The notes under the pieces were generated by a model. The model was given only the letters and a program-made list of their open reading frames with translations. It made no database searches and was not told where the DNA came from. From Podarcis filfolensis (lineage: Eukaryota): a DNA stretch of 64,000 nt. The DNA lies in NCBI GenBank assembly GCA_964270895.1, contig OZ185448.1. One strand, given 5' to 3'. Position 1 is the first letter of the stretch, and each line of letters begins with the position of its first letter. Position numbers and translations under genes: made by a program. Of the stretch, positions 1 through 10,811 are shown in pieces.

Positions 1-879
1 AAAATATTTACTCCCGGTATTGATTTTTATGTTGCTTCCGTCCTGGAGTAATCAAAGTGGCAGGGAATTTAAATCATTGTTTTCAGTGCAGCTGCTTACT
101 TTTATGGCAGAAATAATGTCCCCTTTTTAAAATGCACATTATGTTTTGTCTGCTATAAGCGAAGAGAAATAAAAATAATTGCTTGACAGGCGGATTCTGA
201 GATGTGGGGATGAGCCAGAGGGCTGGTCTGTTTCCCTTGTGTCTCGCTTGTCGGCTCCCCAGGGGCCTCTGGCTGACCACTTGCAGAAACTAGATCCTGG
301 TCCAGTTGGACACTTGCTCTGCTCTAGCTGGGCTGCTAAAGACCCAGTTACCACTGACTCCAAATAACTGGCCATAAAGTGCCTGGTGCCTGGCTTGCTG
401 AAGAATGCAAGGAGCTCCTTCCTCGTCTTCCACCTCCCTGAGTGTGAGCTGCTATGTGTGAGTCCCAAGTACCCCCTTACAACAATGAAGAGTCTTGTGA
501 CCAGTGGTGGCTGGTGCCCTTTGGGACTGGTAGGGCAGAAGGCAAGGAGCCCAGCAGTAGGTGGCGCCAGAGCCAGTGACAGGATGGCCCGGCTAATTCT
601 AGATTTCTCCCCATCTTCCTGCCTGCTGAATTCTACAAGGGCAACACTGAGACTCAAGAGGAGAAGCTGGCAGCCAGTGCCATTTCCTGATCTGGGTGTA
701 AGGAAGAAGGCAGACAGGTGGTGGGCAGGCCAAGGGCATCCTGAGATGGTTTGGACAGTTTGAAAACCTCTGGGTTGAAGCGTTGTCTGTCAGCTATCAC
801 GGACCTTACACCCAGAAGGAACACTGACCTGACACCCATGGAGCATGATAAGGCTAACAGTGACTTCTTGGCAGGTTGG

Positions 880-1066
880 GTTTGTTCTGCCTCCCAGGCT
901 GGAGGCACAATGCCTTTGAATACCAGTTGTGGGAGTTACAGATGAGCAGAGCCCTCAGGTCCTGCTTGGAGGATTCCCATGATGGGCATCTGGTTGGCCA
1001 CTGTGAGAACAGGATACTGGACTAGATGGGCCCCCTTTGGCTTAATTCACCGTGGTCTTATTTATG
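880..1066 (+). mobile_element. CR1 LINE 3' end fragment
   Basis: gggcatctggttggccactgtgagaacaggatactggactagatggg tail, matching the tail that follows CR1 ORF2 at 16400-16582. Confidence 0.7.
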
Positions 1067-2601
1067 TACTAAATAAATAGTGTGCAAATACCATAAAGTA
1101 TGGTAGCAATGACTACCAATTGCCAGGATTTGCAACAAAACCTCCACAGAGGGCCTCATAAGTAGATAATCTTCTGTTTGGGCCAGTATAGCACTCCGAG
1201 TGCTGGAGCTCCCCCCCCCCCAATGAAGGACTATTCTGGTGGTTTAATTTGACCTGTGCATGATACTTAGAAGGCTGTACTCTAGAACCGTGGGACTAGA
1301 CAGGAGCAAACCCAAGCAGAGAAACTTGGAGAAAATTATTTAACAAAAGCAAGAGTGTTCTTCTTCTCCAACTTCCACTCCCCTAACAACTGTGCTGAGT
1401 CTGGGCATCTCCTGTGTCTGGCTGTGGAGCTGCCGCCTCCTTCCCTGCTGGGAAAAAACCCCTTAAAATAACTCTTAGCTTCCTGGTTGGAAGCAAAGAG
1501 CTTTTACTTAGGTCTGAAGTGATTCGAAAGCAGCAGTGTCACACCACAACTGGGGAAAATATGTTGTTCTTCCCTCCTGTTGACTGCCATCCATCATAAC
1601 AAGCACTCCAATTTTCTAGATAAATATGTAGCCCTTCTTAGGCCTTAAAAATGCAAGCGATCATACAGTCTCATGCTGCAAAATGCGGAATTCAGAAACT
1701 GCCACTTCCTATGAAATTGAGAGAATGGAGGTTAATTGATTTGCTTTAAAGAGAGGGAACCACTAGTCCTTATGATTGTAAGGAGAAAATATGGGGGCAT
1801 TTCCCCCTTAAATGCCAATAATTCTACCTATAATGGGAAGTCTGTGTCTGATTGGCACTTTTGGGTATTTAAGAGGTGGAAAAGTAGAACGTGCTTAATG
1901 AAAATCTGACCACATTCCACCTGTCCCAACCCCTTCCACTCTTTACCCATTTCATGGCCATACTCCTTGTAGCTTTTCTTTTTTAACAGCTATGGGGGAG
2001 GGAGTTTAAAGGGCCCCTTTAATTCTAGGTCTGTCTGCAGTCTTCACGTGTAATATCTTCTTCTTCATAAAATAAGTGTGAATATTAGAAATAAGAGAGT
2101 AACTATTTGGCAATGGTTACTCTTACAACAGGACTGCATCATCCTGTTTTGTCTTTGTATATGTATAATATGTAAAGTTATATTAGGTTTCTCACCCACT
2201 GTACCTCAAGGTTGTTAACTTTATTATTATTAAAAACACAAAATGGATATTGCCAACTCTTTTTTTAATGGTTGGATGATCATCTGCATCCTAAACACTT
2301 GCATTTCAAGACATTTATATGTTGCTGGTGTGGGGAGAAAATATAAATCCCTGTGACCCACATGTGTGGGGTAAATAATAAAGGAAATGGCTGTGTGCCT
2401 AGATAATAATCTCAGGGCTAAATTCTCTCTCCAGCAGGAGAGAGCCCCCAGCAGCCGAGTTTAAACTCACCAAGTCGAGCAGCACAATGAAGCATCAGGA
2501 ATGTAAACTGTTAAATCTTTTGCATGTCCCTTTAGTCCACTTGCAAAGCACTCTCCACTTTCTACCCTTCTGGCAATGAACAGACCACACACTGTTAAAT
2601 A

Positions 2602-2864
2602 CCGTATTTTTCGCTCTATAAGACGCACCAGACCACAAGACGCACCTAGTTTTTGGAGGAGGAAAACAAAAAAACAAAAAAATATTCTGAATCTCAGAAG
2701 CCAGAACAGCAAGAGGGATCGCTGCGTAGTGAAAGCAGTGATCCCTCTTGCTGTTCTGGCTTCTGGGATAGCTGCGCAGCCTGCATTCGCTCCATAAGAC
2801 GCACACACATTTCCCCTTACTTTTTAGGAGGGAAAAAGTGAGTCTTATAGAGCAAAAATTACGG
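2602..2864. mobile_element. Tc1/mariner-superfamily (pogo/Tigger-like) MITE
   Basis: TA|CCGTATTTTTCGCTCTATAAGAC ... GTCTTATAGAGCAAAAATTACGG|TA: terminal inverted repeats with TA target duplication; contains a long internal hairpin. Confidence 0.85.
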
Positions 2865-3298
2865 TAAGTTTAAAGTGCTTTACTTACAAAAAGTTCCAAA
2901 GGTCAGGTTCATGCATTTATCCAAGCAGAGGCAAGGAGAACATAGGTAAAATACTCATGAATAGAAAATACAGAGAGATAACTTCCAATATGTACTCTAA
3001 GCTTGGAGCTCATTTAGGCACGCTTCCTTAGTCACTTACATGGTGAGGAGAGAGGGAGAGAACAGGAGGAGAAGGATTCACTTCCTTCCTCATCAGAGAA
3101 GAGGGCGTGTGACCTAACCTCGTCTAGGTCTGTGATCTTAACCCCTTCATGCACTAACTAGCACTAATTCATAGTTATGTTTGACTGCAATTTCCCACAG
3201 CCAGAATCTCATATCTAGGTGCCCTCTAGAAACATTAAAATAAGTATAAGACAATTTAGCATTTAAATAAACAAAAGCTGCTGCACATTTTTAATATA

Positions 3299-3540
3299 CA
3301 GTGGTACCTCGGGTTAAGTACTTAATTCGTTCTGGAGGTCCGTTCTTAACCTGAAACTGTTCTTAACCTGAAGCACCACTTTAGCTAATGGGGCCTCCTG
3401 CTGCTGCTGTGCCGCTGGAGCACAATTTCTGTTCTCAACCTGAAGCAAAGTTCTTAACCGGAGGTACTATTTCTGGGTTAGCGGAGTCTGTAAGCTGAAG
3501 CGTATGTAACCTGAAGCATATGTAACCCGAGGTACCACTG
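3299..3540. mobile_element. Tc1/mariner MITE family A (CAGTGGTACCTCGGGTTA TIR), complete copy
   Basis: TA|CAGTGGTACCTCGGGTTA ... TAACCCGAGGTACCACTG|TA; other copies at 15881 and 31737. Confidence 0.9.
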
Positions 3541-3544
3541 TATA

Positions 3545-3667
3545 CAGAGGTACCTCGGGTTCCAGACGTTTCAGGTTACAGACTCCGCTAACCTAGAAAT
3601 AGTACCTCGGGTTAAGAACTTTGCTTCAGGATGAGAACAGAAATTGTGCTCCGGCGGCGCAGCAGCA
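3545..3667. mobile_element. Truncated MITE family A copy, inverted and abutting the previous copy
   Basis: Starts CAGAGGTACCTCGGGTT after TATA (3541-3544) and mirrors the end of the 3299-3540 copy; stops at cggcgcagcagc. Confidence 0.85.
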
Positions 3668-3758
3668 CGCTTATTTAGCGAGTGATCAGAAATGTTTCTT
3701 TCTTCATCACCCGTGACATCTAATGCTTGCTTTTATATCACACATTCCTCGCTTGCAG

Positions 3759-3826
3759 AACTTAGCCCAGGAGCAGAATTCAAGGATATCAGTCACCAAA
3801 TTCAGCAGGATTCCAGCCCCATGCTA
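3759..3826 (+). other. Candidate non-coding (5'UTR) exon of TLN2
   Basis: Branch-like ctaat at 3720, pyrimidine tract cacattcctcgcttgcag|, and a consensus donor CTA|gtaagt; 68 nt of non-repetitive sequence. Based on splice signals only. Confidence 0.4.
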
Positions 3827-5744
3827 GTAAGTCTGTAAGACCTGAGGTAGCTGTCTGCAGCAGTCCTTGCCAGCGGACTGTGCTGAGAGCGGTTTTTGTC
3901 ACTGTCACGCTGACAGAAGCTCGGGTGCCTGTAGTGGCGCTTTGCATCCGCTGGATTCTTGGCCCCTTCATGGGCACTCAAACGCAGCTGTAGTGCTATC
4001 ACGGGGTCAGCTTTGTGCTGCAGTTGCCAAGATAACATACCGTTCAGGGCAGCGGCATTTCAAAGGCAAAATCCCTTCTCTCCCTTGAATAGGGGTACTA
4101 TCTTGCAAGGTTTGCTTTGGAACCCTGTCCAAGAATAATAATGATCTTGGTATATAATAAAAAAGTTAGAATGTCGTCACGCAGCCCTCGTTGGAGGATT
4201 TGTAGTACCTCATCACGATCCTGGATTGTGAGGGGAATGGCAGGGGGTTAGCAAGCAGAGCAAGCAGGGACACAGCCCCCAGTAGTAGCAGTAGTAGCTC
4301 CATATCACACAGACATAAACGCCTGCTCTCTTGCTTGCTAAAGAGGAGGAGTCTGAAAACAGTAGCTAGAGGAAGCTTTCACAAAAGATAGGGGACCAGG
4401 ATCCCTTTCTGTCTCTCCTCCATGATTCAGGTCCGGAGTATGGGTGTATTTGGATAAGCAATGGAAGTAAACAAATGTAATTCAGGCTGCCTTCCTCAGC
4501 CAGCCTCAAAGATGTGGGGGAGAGATCAAGGCCTGGGGTAAGGGGACGGGTGGTCCGTGAAAAGAGGAGGAGGAAATGGTGCCCCCCGGTAGTCTTCTGA
4601 AACAGGAGTTAAAGGGACTGCTCCGTTTCAACAAAAGCACTTTGCAGGAACCAGTGTGAGCTGTGGTAAGGTGGAACTCCTATGCAGTGCTTTCCTATGC
4701 TGTTTCACTTTCCTTTGAAATGGAGACAACAGCTTTCCCCAACACCACTGGGGCTGATGGGAGTTGCAGTCAAAGCTATCTGGAGGGCACTAGGTTGGGG
4801 AAGCTGCTGTGGAATTTGGTGTCTGTCTCACCAGTGCATGCCCCACATTTGGTGGGATTTTTATGGAAAGGTGGTGAAAGTTTGCAGTCGCTAGACCAGC
4901 AAACTTTTTCTGTGGGGGGCTGGTTCACTGTCCCTCAGAACTTGTGGCGGTCCTTTTACGTCGACTCGTTCCTCCTAAGCAGCTTTTTCCTCTTGTCTCC
5001 CTGCTTTCTATTCCCATTTTAATATTTATTAATAATAGTTTTTGAAATGAATAAATAATCTTTGGTCTTACATTTTAATTTCCTTCCAGAGGAGACCTCT
5101 CTTCTTTTCTCCCGGACACTTTTACTTGGCATGCAAAGAGTTGGTGCTGATGCCGCTCCAAACCAAAAAGGTCCAGGCACCGGGCTGGCTGTGGAACTGA
5201 AGCCCATCTGAAAGTGTCCCCAAGCCCACTGGTGGCTCCCAACCCACTGTCTTGAGAAACACCCTGCCAGACAGCTCTTGGTGGACTTGAAAAGTCTGTG
5301 AATACATTCTTGGCCGAACCCCGGCTAATTTATAGAAAGATGCGCCAAAGCTGTTAAACATTGCACATATGGAAATGATGTGATTTCCCCAAATTCTTAA
5401 CCACTCCCTAGCACCGGATTCTAAAGATGTTTGTGCCAAATCTTGCTGGGTGTGTGGATCACTTTTCTTGGGCCAGCCCTTTGCTTGTTTCCAGCTAAGC
5501 AGTCCATGACCCAGAATGTGGGAATTAGCCATAACTTGTCATGGAACAGATTAATCTCTTCAAGATTTCAAAGCGAGATTTCAATCAGAAGTTTTTTCCT
5601 CTGAGTCGAAAAACAAACTCATTTCTTTCCCAAGGAACAATATTGTTGGTGTCCAGAAGGGTGCTGGAATGCAGAAATCCATTTCACAACTCTGGGTGGT
5701 TGAAAGGCAGTTGCCTTAAACTGAGTCAGACTATTGGTCCATCA

Positions 5745-5889
5745 TAGGGTTGCCATGTGTCCTCTTTTTCCAGGACACATCCTCTTTTTCATGGGTATGT
5801 GAAATGAGAGGTGTCATAGTGATCCATAGTTAAAAGTAGAAGTTGGCAAATGTGTCCTCTTTTTTGCTCTTCAAAATATGGCAACCCCA
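5745..5889. mobile_element. hAT-like MITE (TAGGGTTGCCA TIR) inserted in a minus-strand tRNA-headed SINE (~5705-6010)
   Basis: tagggttgcca...tggcaacccca termini; a second copy lies at 58872-59004; flanks continue the SINE tail (ttggtccatc / gactggcagccgctctccag). Confidence 0.65.
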
Positions 5890-6254
5890 AGAGTAGTCCT
5901 GCCTATGCAGACTGGCAGCCGCTCTCCAGAGTTTCAGGCACAGGGTTTTCCAAGCCCTACCTGGAGATGAACCTGGGACGTACTACATGTGAAGCAGATG
6001 CTCTACCTTAAGAGTGCTGCTTCCATCCCTGGCCTTCAGTGGGACGCCCTTCCAAGAAGAAGACATGTCTAGAATCATCCTGTTCTTTTCTGATAGTGCG
6101 GCACCATATTCTGTGGGCCGGCTTGAGTCTACTGGAACACACGGCACCTACTCATTTTTATTTGTGACTGAGGAAAATGGACTTGCTGCCTTTACATGCA
6201 CACACCTTTTTATTATTATTCCATGAGTTAACTATTCACTTTAAAACTCTAGAG

Positions 6255-6372
6255 TGGCTGGAATTCTCACACGCATGTGCTCTCTGAAGCCCACATTCCC
6301 AGCATGTTTGCACTTCTGTCTCAGTGACGTCTACACTGGCTTGGTCTTGTCCACAGAATGGAAGATGGCAGG

Positions 6373-6419
<47 letters not shown>

Positions 6420-7290
6420 TTATTATTTGTACCCCACCCATCTGGCTGGGTTTCCCCAGCCACTGTGGCCGGCTTCCAACAAAGATTAAAAATACATTAA
6501 AATGTCACACATTAAAAACTTCCCTGATGTCTTCTAAATGTCAGGCAGTTGTTTTTCTCTTTGACATCTGATGGGAGGGCGTTCCACAAGGCAGGCGCTA
6601 CTACTGAGAAGGCCCTCTGCCTGGTTCCCTGTAGCTTTGCTTCTCGCAATGAGGGAACCACCAGAAGGCCCTCAGCGCTGGACCTCAGCATCCGGGCAGA
6701 ACGATGGGGGTGGAGACGCTCCTTCAGGTATACTGGGATGAGGCTGTTTAGGGCTTTAAAGGTCAGCACCAATACTTTGAATTGTGCTCAGAAACGTACT
6801 GGGAACCAATGTAGGTCTTTCAAGTCTGGTGTTATGTGGTCTCGGCGGCCGCTCCCAGTCCCTAGTCTAGCTGCCGCATTCTGGATTAGTTGTAGTTTCC
6901 AGGTCACCTTCAAAGGTAGCCCCACGTAGAGCGCATTGCAGTAGTCCAAGTGGGAGATAACTAGAGCATGCACCACTCTGGCGAGACAGTCTGCAGGCAG
7001 GGAGGGGCTCAGCCTGCGTACCAGGTGGAGTTGGTAGACAGTTGCCCTGGATACAGGATCCCCAAGGACATGCTCTACCGGGAGCTGGCTTCAAGCACCA
7101 GGCGCATTGGCAGACCAAAATGTGACACAAAGGCTGGCAACATCAACCACACTGCGTGGGAATCCCTTGCACACAACCGCAGCACCTAGAGACATACAGG
7201 CAGGTTGTTCATCCACAGCAGTGTCCAGAGAACGACTGACCACTGGGTGGGGCTCAGAGAGAAGAAACGCCATGGGGCATCTTCAGCATA
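6255..7290 (+). mobile_element. RTE-clade LINE ORF 3' fragment, split by an L2 insertion
   Basis: Left part translates HIPSMFALLSQ*RLHWLGLVHRMEDGRI and right part PKDMLYRELASSTRRIGRP...KAGNINHTAWESLA; the two join in frame once 6375-7059 is removed. Confidence 0.75.
6375..7053 (-). mobile_element. L2 LINE 3' fragment with (TTA)n tail
   Basis: Minus-strand translations ISHLDYCNALYVGLPLK and LQGTRQRAFSVVAPALWNALP; (TAA)n at 6375-6418; CAGGAT duplicated at 6369-6374 and 7054-7059. Confidence 0.85.
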
Positions 7291-8247
7291 ACCAGATACC
7301 TCCATTTGCCCCAGCTGCAACAAAATGTGTCTCTCCCATATCAGTCAGGCACTGTAACCTTCCAACAGTTTGACTTCATGGCTCCATTGTCTCCCAAGAC
7401 AGACGGATGCCAACTGAATGCTATGGGGAAGAAGTGCCAAAGCTGAATGTCTGATAACTAGAGATTGTCCTTGTTGCACGCTTTACAACTTCCAAAAAGA
7501 GTAATAAACAAGAGCCACAGCAGGAGGCTTAAAACAGAGTCAGTGATGCTGGAGTGATTCCCTCCAGATGTTGTGGACTAAAACTCCTATCATCCTGACT
7601 ATTAGCCACGTTGGCTGAGGCTGGTGGGAGTTGTAGTCCGCAGCACCTGAAGGGAATCACATGGGCTATCTCTGCTTTCGCTGGAGATGCATGTGGGATC
7701 CTGATAGCATTCAGTGGCTCAGTTCGGCTAATGAATGTGGAGGGCAGGTCACACTGAAAATTATTTCCTCCTGTGGAAACAGGTAGAGGTATATGTGCCA
7801 TACTCTTTGATTATGAGTTAGGGTATAGAGGGGGTGGGGAACCCAACACAGCTGGAGCATTATTATTTTTTAATATATGCTCTTTAATGCGCAATCAGAA
7901 TGCCTTTGCTATAATGAGTCTCACACTGATTGCTAACAGGGTGGCTGTGCAACACCACCTGGGACAACCACAAGGCTACTGCAATTTGTTGAGCTGTCTA
8001 ACCGTGAAATGATAGCCTGCAAAAGTAGCATGGGATAATGGGGAGATAGAGGCTACAACTGATTGAATTGCCAGCAAACTGAAGTGAGGGTTTTTTGGGG
8101 GGGCATGTTATTGTTTTATTTCTATGCTACCTTTCACAGTTAGAACCATGTTCAAGGCAGCTTAATGCTTAATGTTGTGTGTTCTGGACGTTCACCACTT
8201 GGTGTTGGATTGATCACCATTGCCATTTGGATAGTCCCAATATGATT

Positions 8248-8253
8248 TCTCTC

Positions 8254-8320
<67 letters not shown>
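8248..8320. repeat. Compound (CT)n(GT)n microsatellite
   Basis: Directly visible. Confidence 0.98.
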
Positions 8321-8322
<2 letters not shown>

Positions 8323-8423
8323 TTGAAACAACCTGTATCAGAATAAAATGCAAACGTGTGTTTTTGTTCTGAATTCAAGTGGAAGCATCATTGACCACTA
8401 AGCCCAGTTGAAATCAATAGGAG

Positions 8424-8500
8424 ATGTGGAGTGTGGAGGTGTTGGGGGTTGAACCTTGTACCTTCTGCATGCAGAGCAGGTGCTCTACCGCTGAGCTATG
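8424..8500 (-). mobile_element. tRNA-derived SINE head (same family as 39342 and 58704)
   Basis: Reverse complement reads ggaaagccatagctcagcggtagagcacctgctctgcatgcagaaggtacaaggttcaacccc (A and B boxes). Confidence 0.7.
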
Positions 8501-10451
8501 GCTTTCCTTTCTTAAATCTCTGCCCCTCTCAAACCCCCAGCCCACTCCCTGCCTGCCGTGGCCTGGCACAGAGCGGGCACTGCCTTCCTCAGCATCCTGT
8601 TCGGGAGCCTCCTGCCCTCGCTTCCCTGCCGCTGCTGCCAAGGGGGAGTGTGTGGTGTCCCAGCTGCTGTGTGCTGCACCCACCTTATTCTGTAAACTTT
8701 GAGGGTGATCGCCCAAGGAAAGATCAACAACTTTGCATTGCTGCCACCAATCGTCTGAATTTTCACTTCTATTTTACTGTTTTGTTTTCTTAATTTGGGG
8801 TTCAAAAAAACAAGGGTCATCTTATACATGGAAAAATACAGTATCTTGGTTCCTGAATCCCTTTTACAAACTTACACCTATTGTTACACAGAAGATGCTC
8901 TATTGACATTCTGTTTAACGGATACTTGCCAGACTGGTTTTGCAGGGAGGGATAAGCCCCTATGTTACAAGCTGTTTATCAGTTAGCAGGTTTTACAAAT
9001 GAAAATAACTATTTTGGGGGAGGTATTTTCCCCCCCCCATCTCCTCCTTTCTACTGCAGAGGAATATTTTAGGGTAATTTAAGAGAGTCAAAATGGCTTA
9101 ATGATTGCTCACCGATATCATTTCAGAATATGGTTTATGTACCTATGTATGTGTATTTTGAACATTTATCCTATTGATTTGACACGTTAGAATCAGGGTG
9201 GGGGGTACACACAGTGGCCATTTCTCTGGTAACACTTCCCAACTGACACTCAGCATTCTCTGGCTTTTCAAAGCTACTCCACCTGCTCATTCCTCACTCA
9301 GCTGTTCTTTAGAAGGGGTGTGGGGTTGCCCCCGTTAATGTCTTAAAAATACTTTCTACTTTTGTATACCTTGGGGGTTCACCCAGACCTACTGGTGACT
9401 TCCCAGTCTTTCTTCTTGATAGCCCCTTTTTGATTCTAAAAATCTGTCAGCACTCAACCTTCTGAGTTTGCTGTTAGGGGAATGACTCCTTTAACTCCTT
9501 GGCTCCAGTAGATCTGGGGCTCTGCAGTGAGGAAGCAAGTTTCTGCGAATCTGAAAATGCACATCAAACTTTGCTCCCCTCGCAGGGTCAGAGCTGCCTG
9601 CCTTTTTGGCAGTGCAAATTCCTGATTCATAGGAAGAAGAAGGAACCTCCTAGTTTCCTGCTGGGCTTCCTTTCCAAACACACTGGGCTGGAGAGAGACA
9701 GAAATTTAAGATGAGCAATGGCTGGCCTGGGAATTGAGAAGTGGCTTGTTTTTATTACGAAGGTGGTTCCTGCCAGCATTCCACACGTCCAGACGTCACT
9801 TTGGGATGAACTTGCTATGAAGCAGACCTTAGGCTTTTCTGGTTGTAATTGAGTTCATTTGTATTGCCTTTGGTATTTTGAAAAACAGGTATTTCTCCCC
9901 TGCCCCCGCCTCCATCCTTCCATTTCAAATGGATTGCTTTTCATAATTCTTGTTAAAATGTTCTCCTCTTCAGTCTTGGGTAAAATGGAGAGAGGGTTTT
10001 GTTTTTGTTGTTTTTGTATCCCTCCCCTGTTGGTGACTTCTTGTCTGGTTGGGTACCAGGATGGTATCGGGCTTACAGCTCATTTAAGGCTCTGAGAACC
10101 AATTACTTTACTAGAAGTCTATTCAGCATATTCTACCCCTCCTCTCTCTCGCAGTTTGGGATTGGGATATGTTTTCAGGGCCTGAGGATATGAAGTAAAA
10201 ATAGATTAAAGGTCTTGGAGCATGTACAGAGGGCACTGCTCTCACCTGCTGGCAGCAATTACATGTAATGATAAGCCAAGATTCTCTGCCTTTTATTTAC
10301 TCTGAGCAAGTGGCATCCTGATGCACACAGCTTAATCAATCCCATCTTGCTACTTCCCTGGCATGTGAACAGGATAACCCAAGCAGGAAGCCCCTTCAGC
10401 TAGGGAAATCCCTGCACAGCCACAGCCAGGAATTTGAGGCCAGTCGCTATT

Positions 10452-10811
10452 GACGCAGGTGGTGCTGTGGGTTAAACCACAGAGCCTAGGGCTTGCCGAT
10501 CGGAAGGTCAGCAGTTCAAATCCCCACGACGGGGAGCTCCCATTGCTCGGTCCCTGCTCCTGCCCACCTAGCAATTCGAAAGCACATCAAAGTGCAAGTA
10601 GATAAATAGGTACCGCTCTGGCGGGAAAGTAAACGGCGTTTCCGTGTGCTGCTCTGGTTCGCCAGAAGCGGCTTAGTCATGCTGGCCACATGATCCGGAA
10701 GCTGTACGCTGGCTCCCTCGGCTAGTAAAGCGAGATGAGTGCCACAACCCCAGAGTCGGTCACGACTGGACCTAATGGTCTGGGGTCCCTTTACCTTTAC
10801 CTTTACCTTTA
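10452..10811 (+). mobile_element. Sauria SINE, near full length
   Basis: tRNA-like head gacgcaggtggtgctgtgggttaaacc...ggtcagcagttcaaatcc, central gtaaacggcgtttccgtg, and (ACCTTT)n tail. Confidence 0.85.

Noticed and set aside
139-945. Overlapping 125-172-aa ORFs near the window start
   Set aside because: No recognisable domain and no splice-consistent structure; this is expected noise in GC-balanced intronic DNA.
6236-6463. Poly-Leu, poly-Asn, CV- or TH-repeat peptides in the ORF track (also near 24741, 30548, 49531, 62249)
   Set aside because: They are translations of (TAA)n, (GT)n and (CT)n microsatellites.
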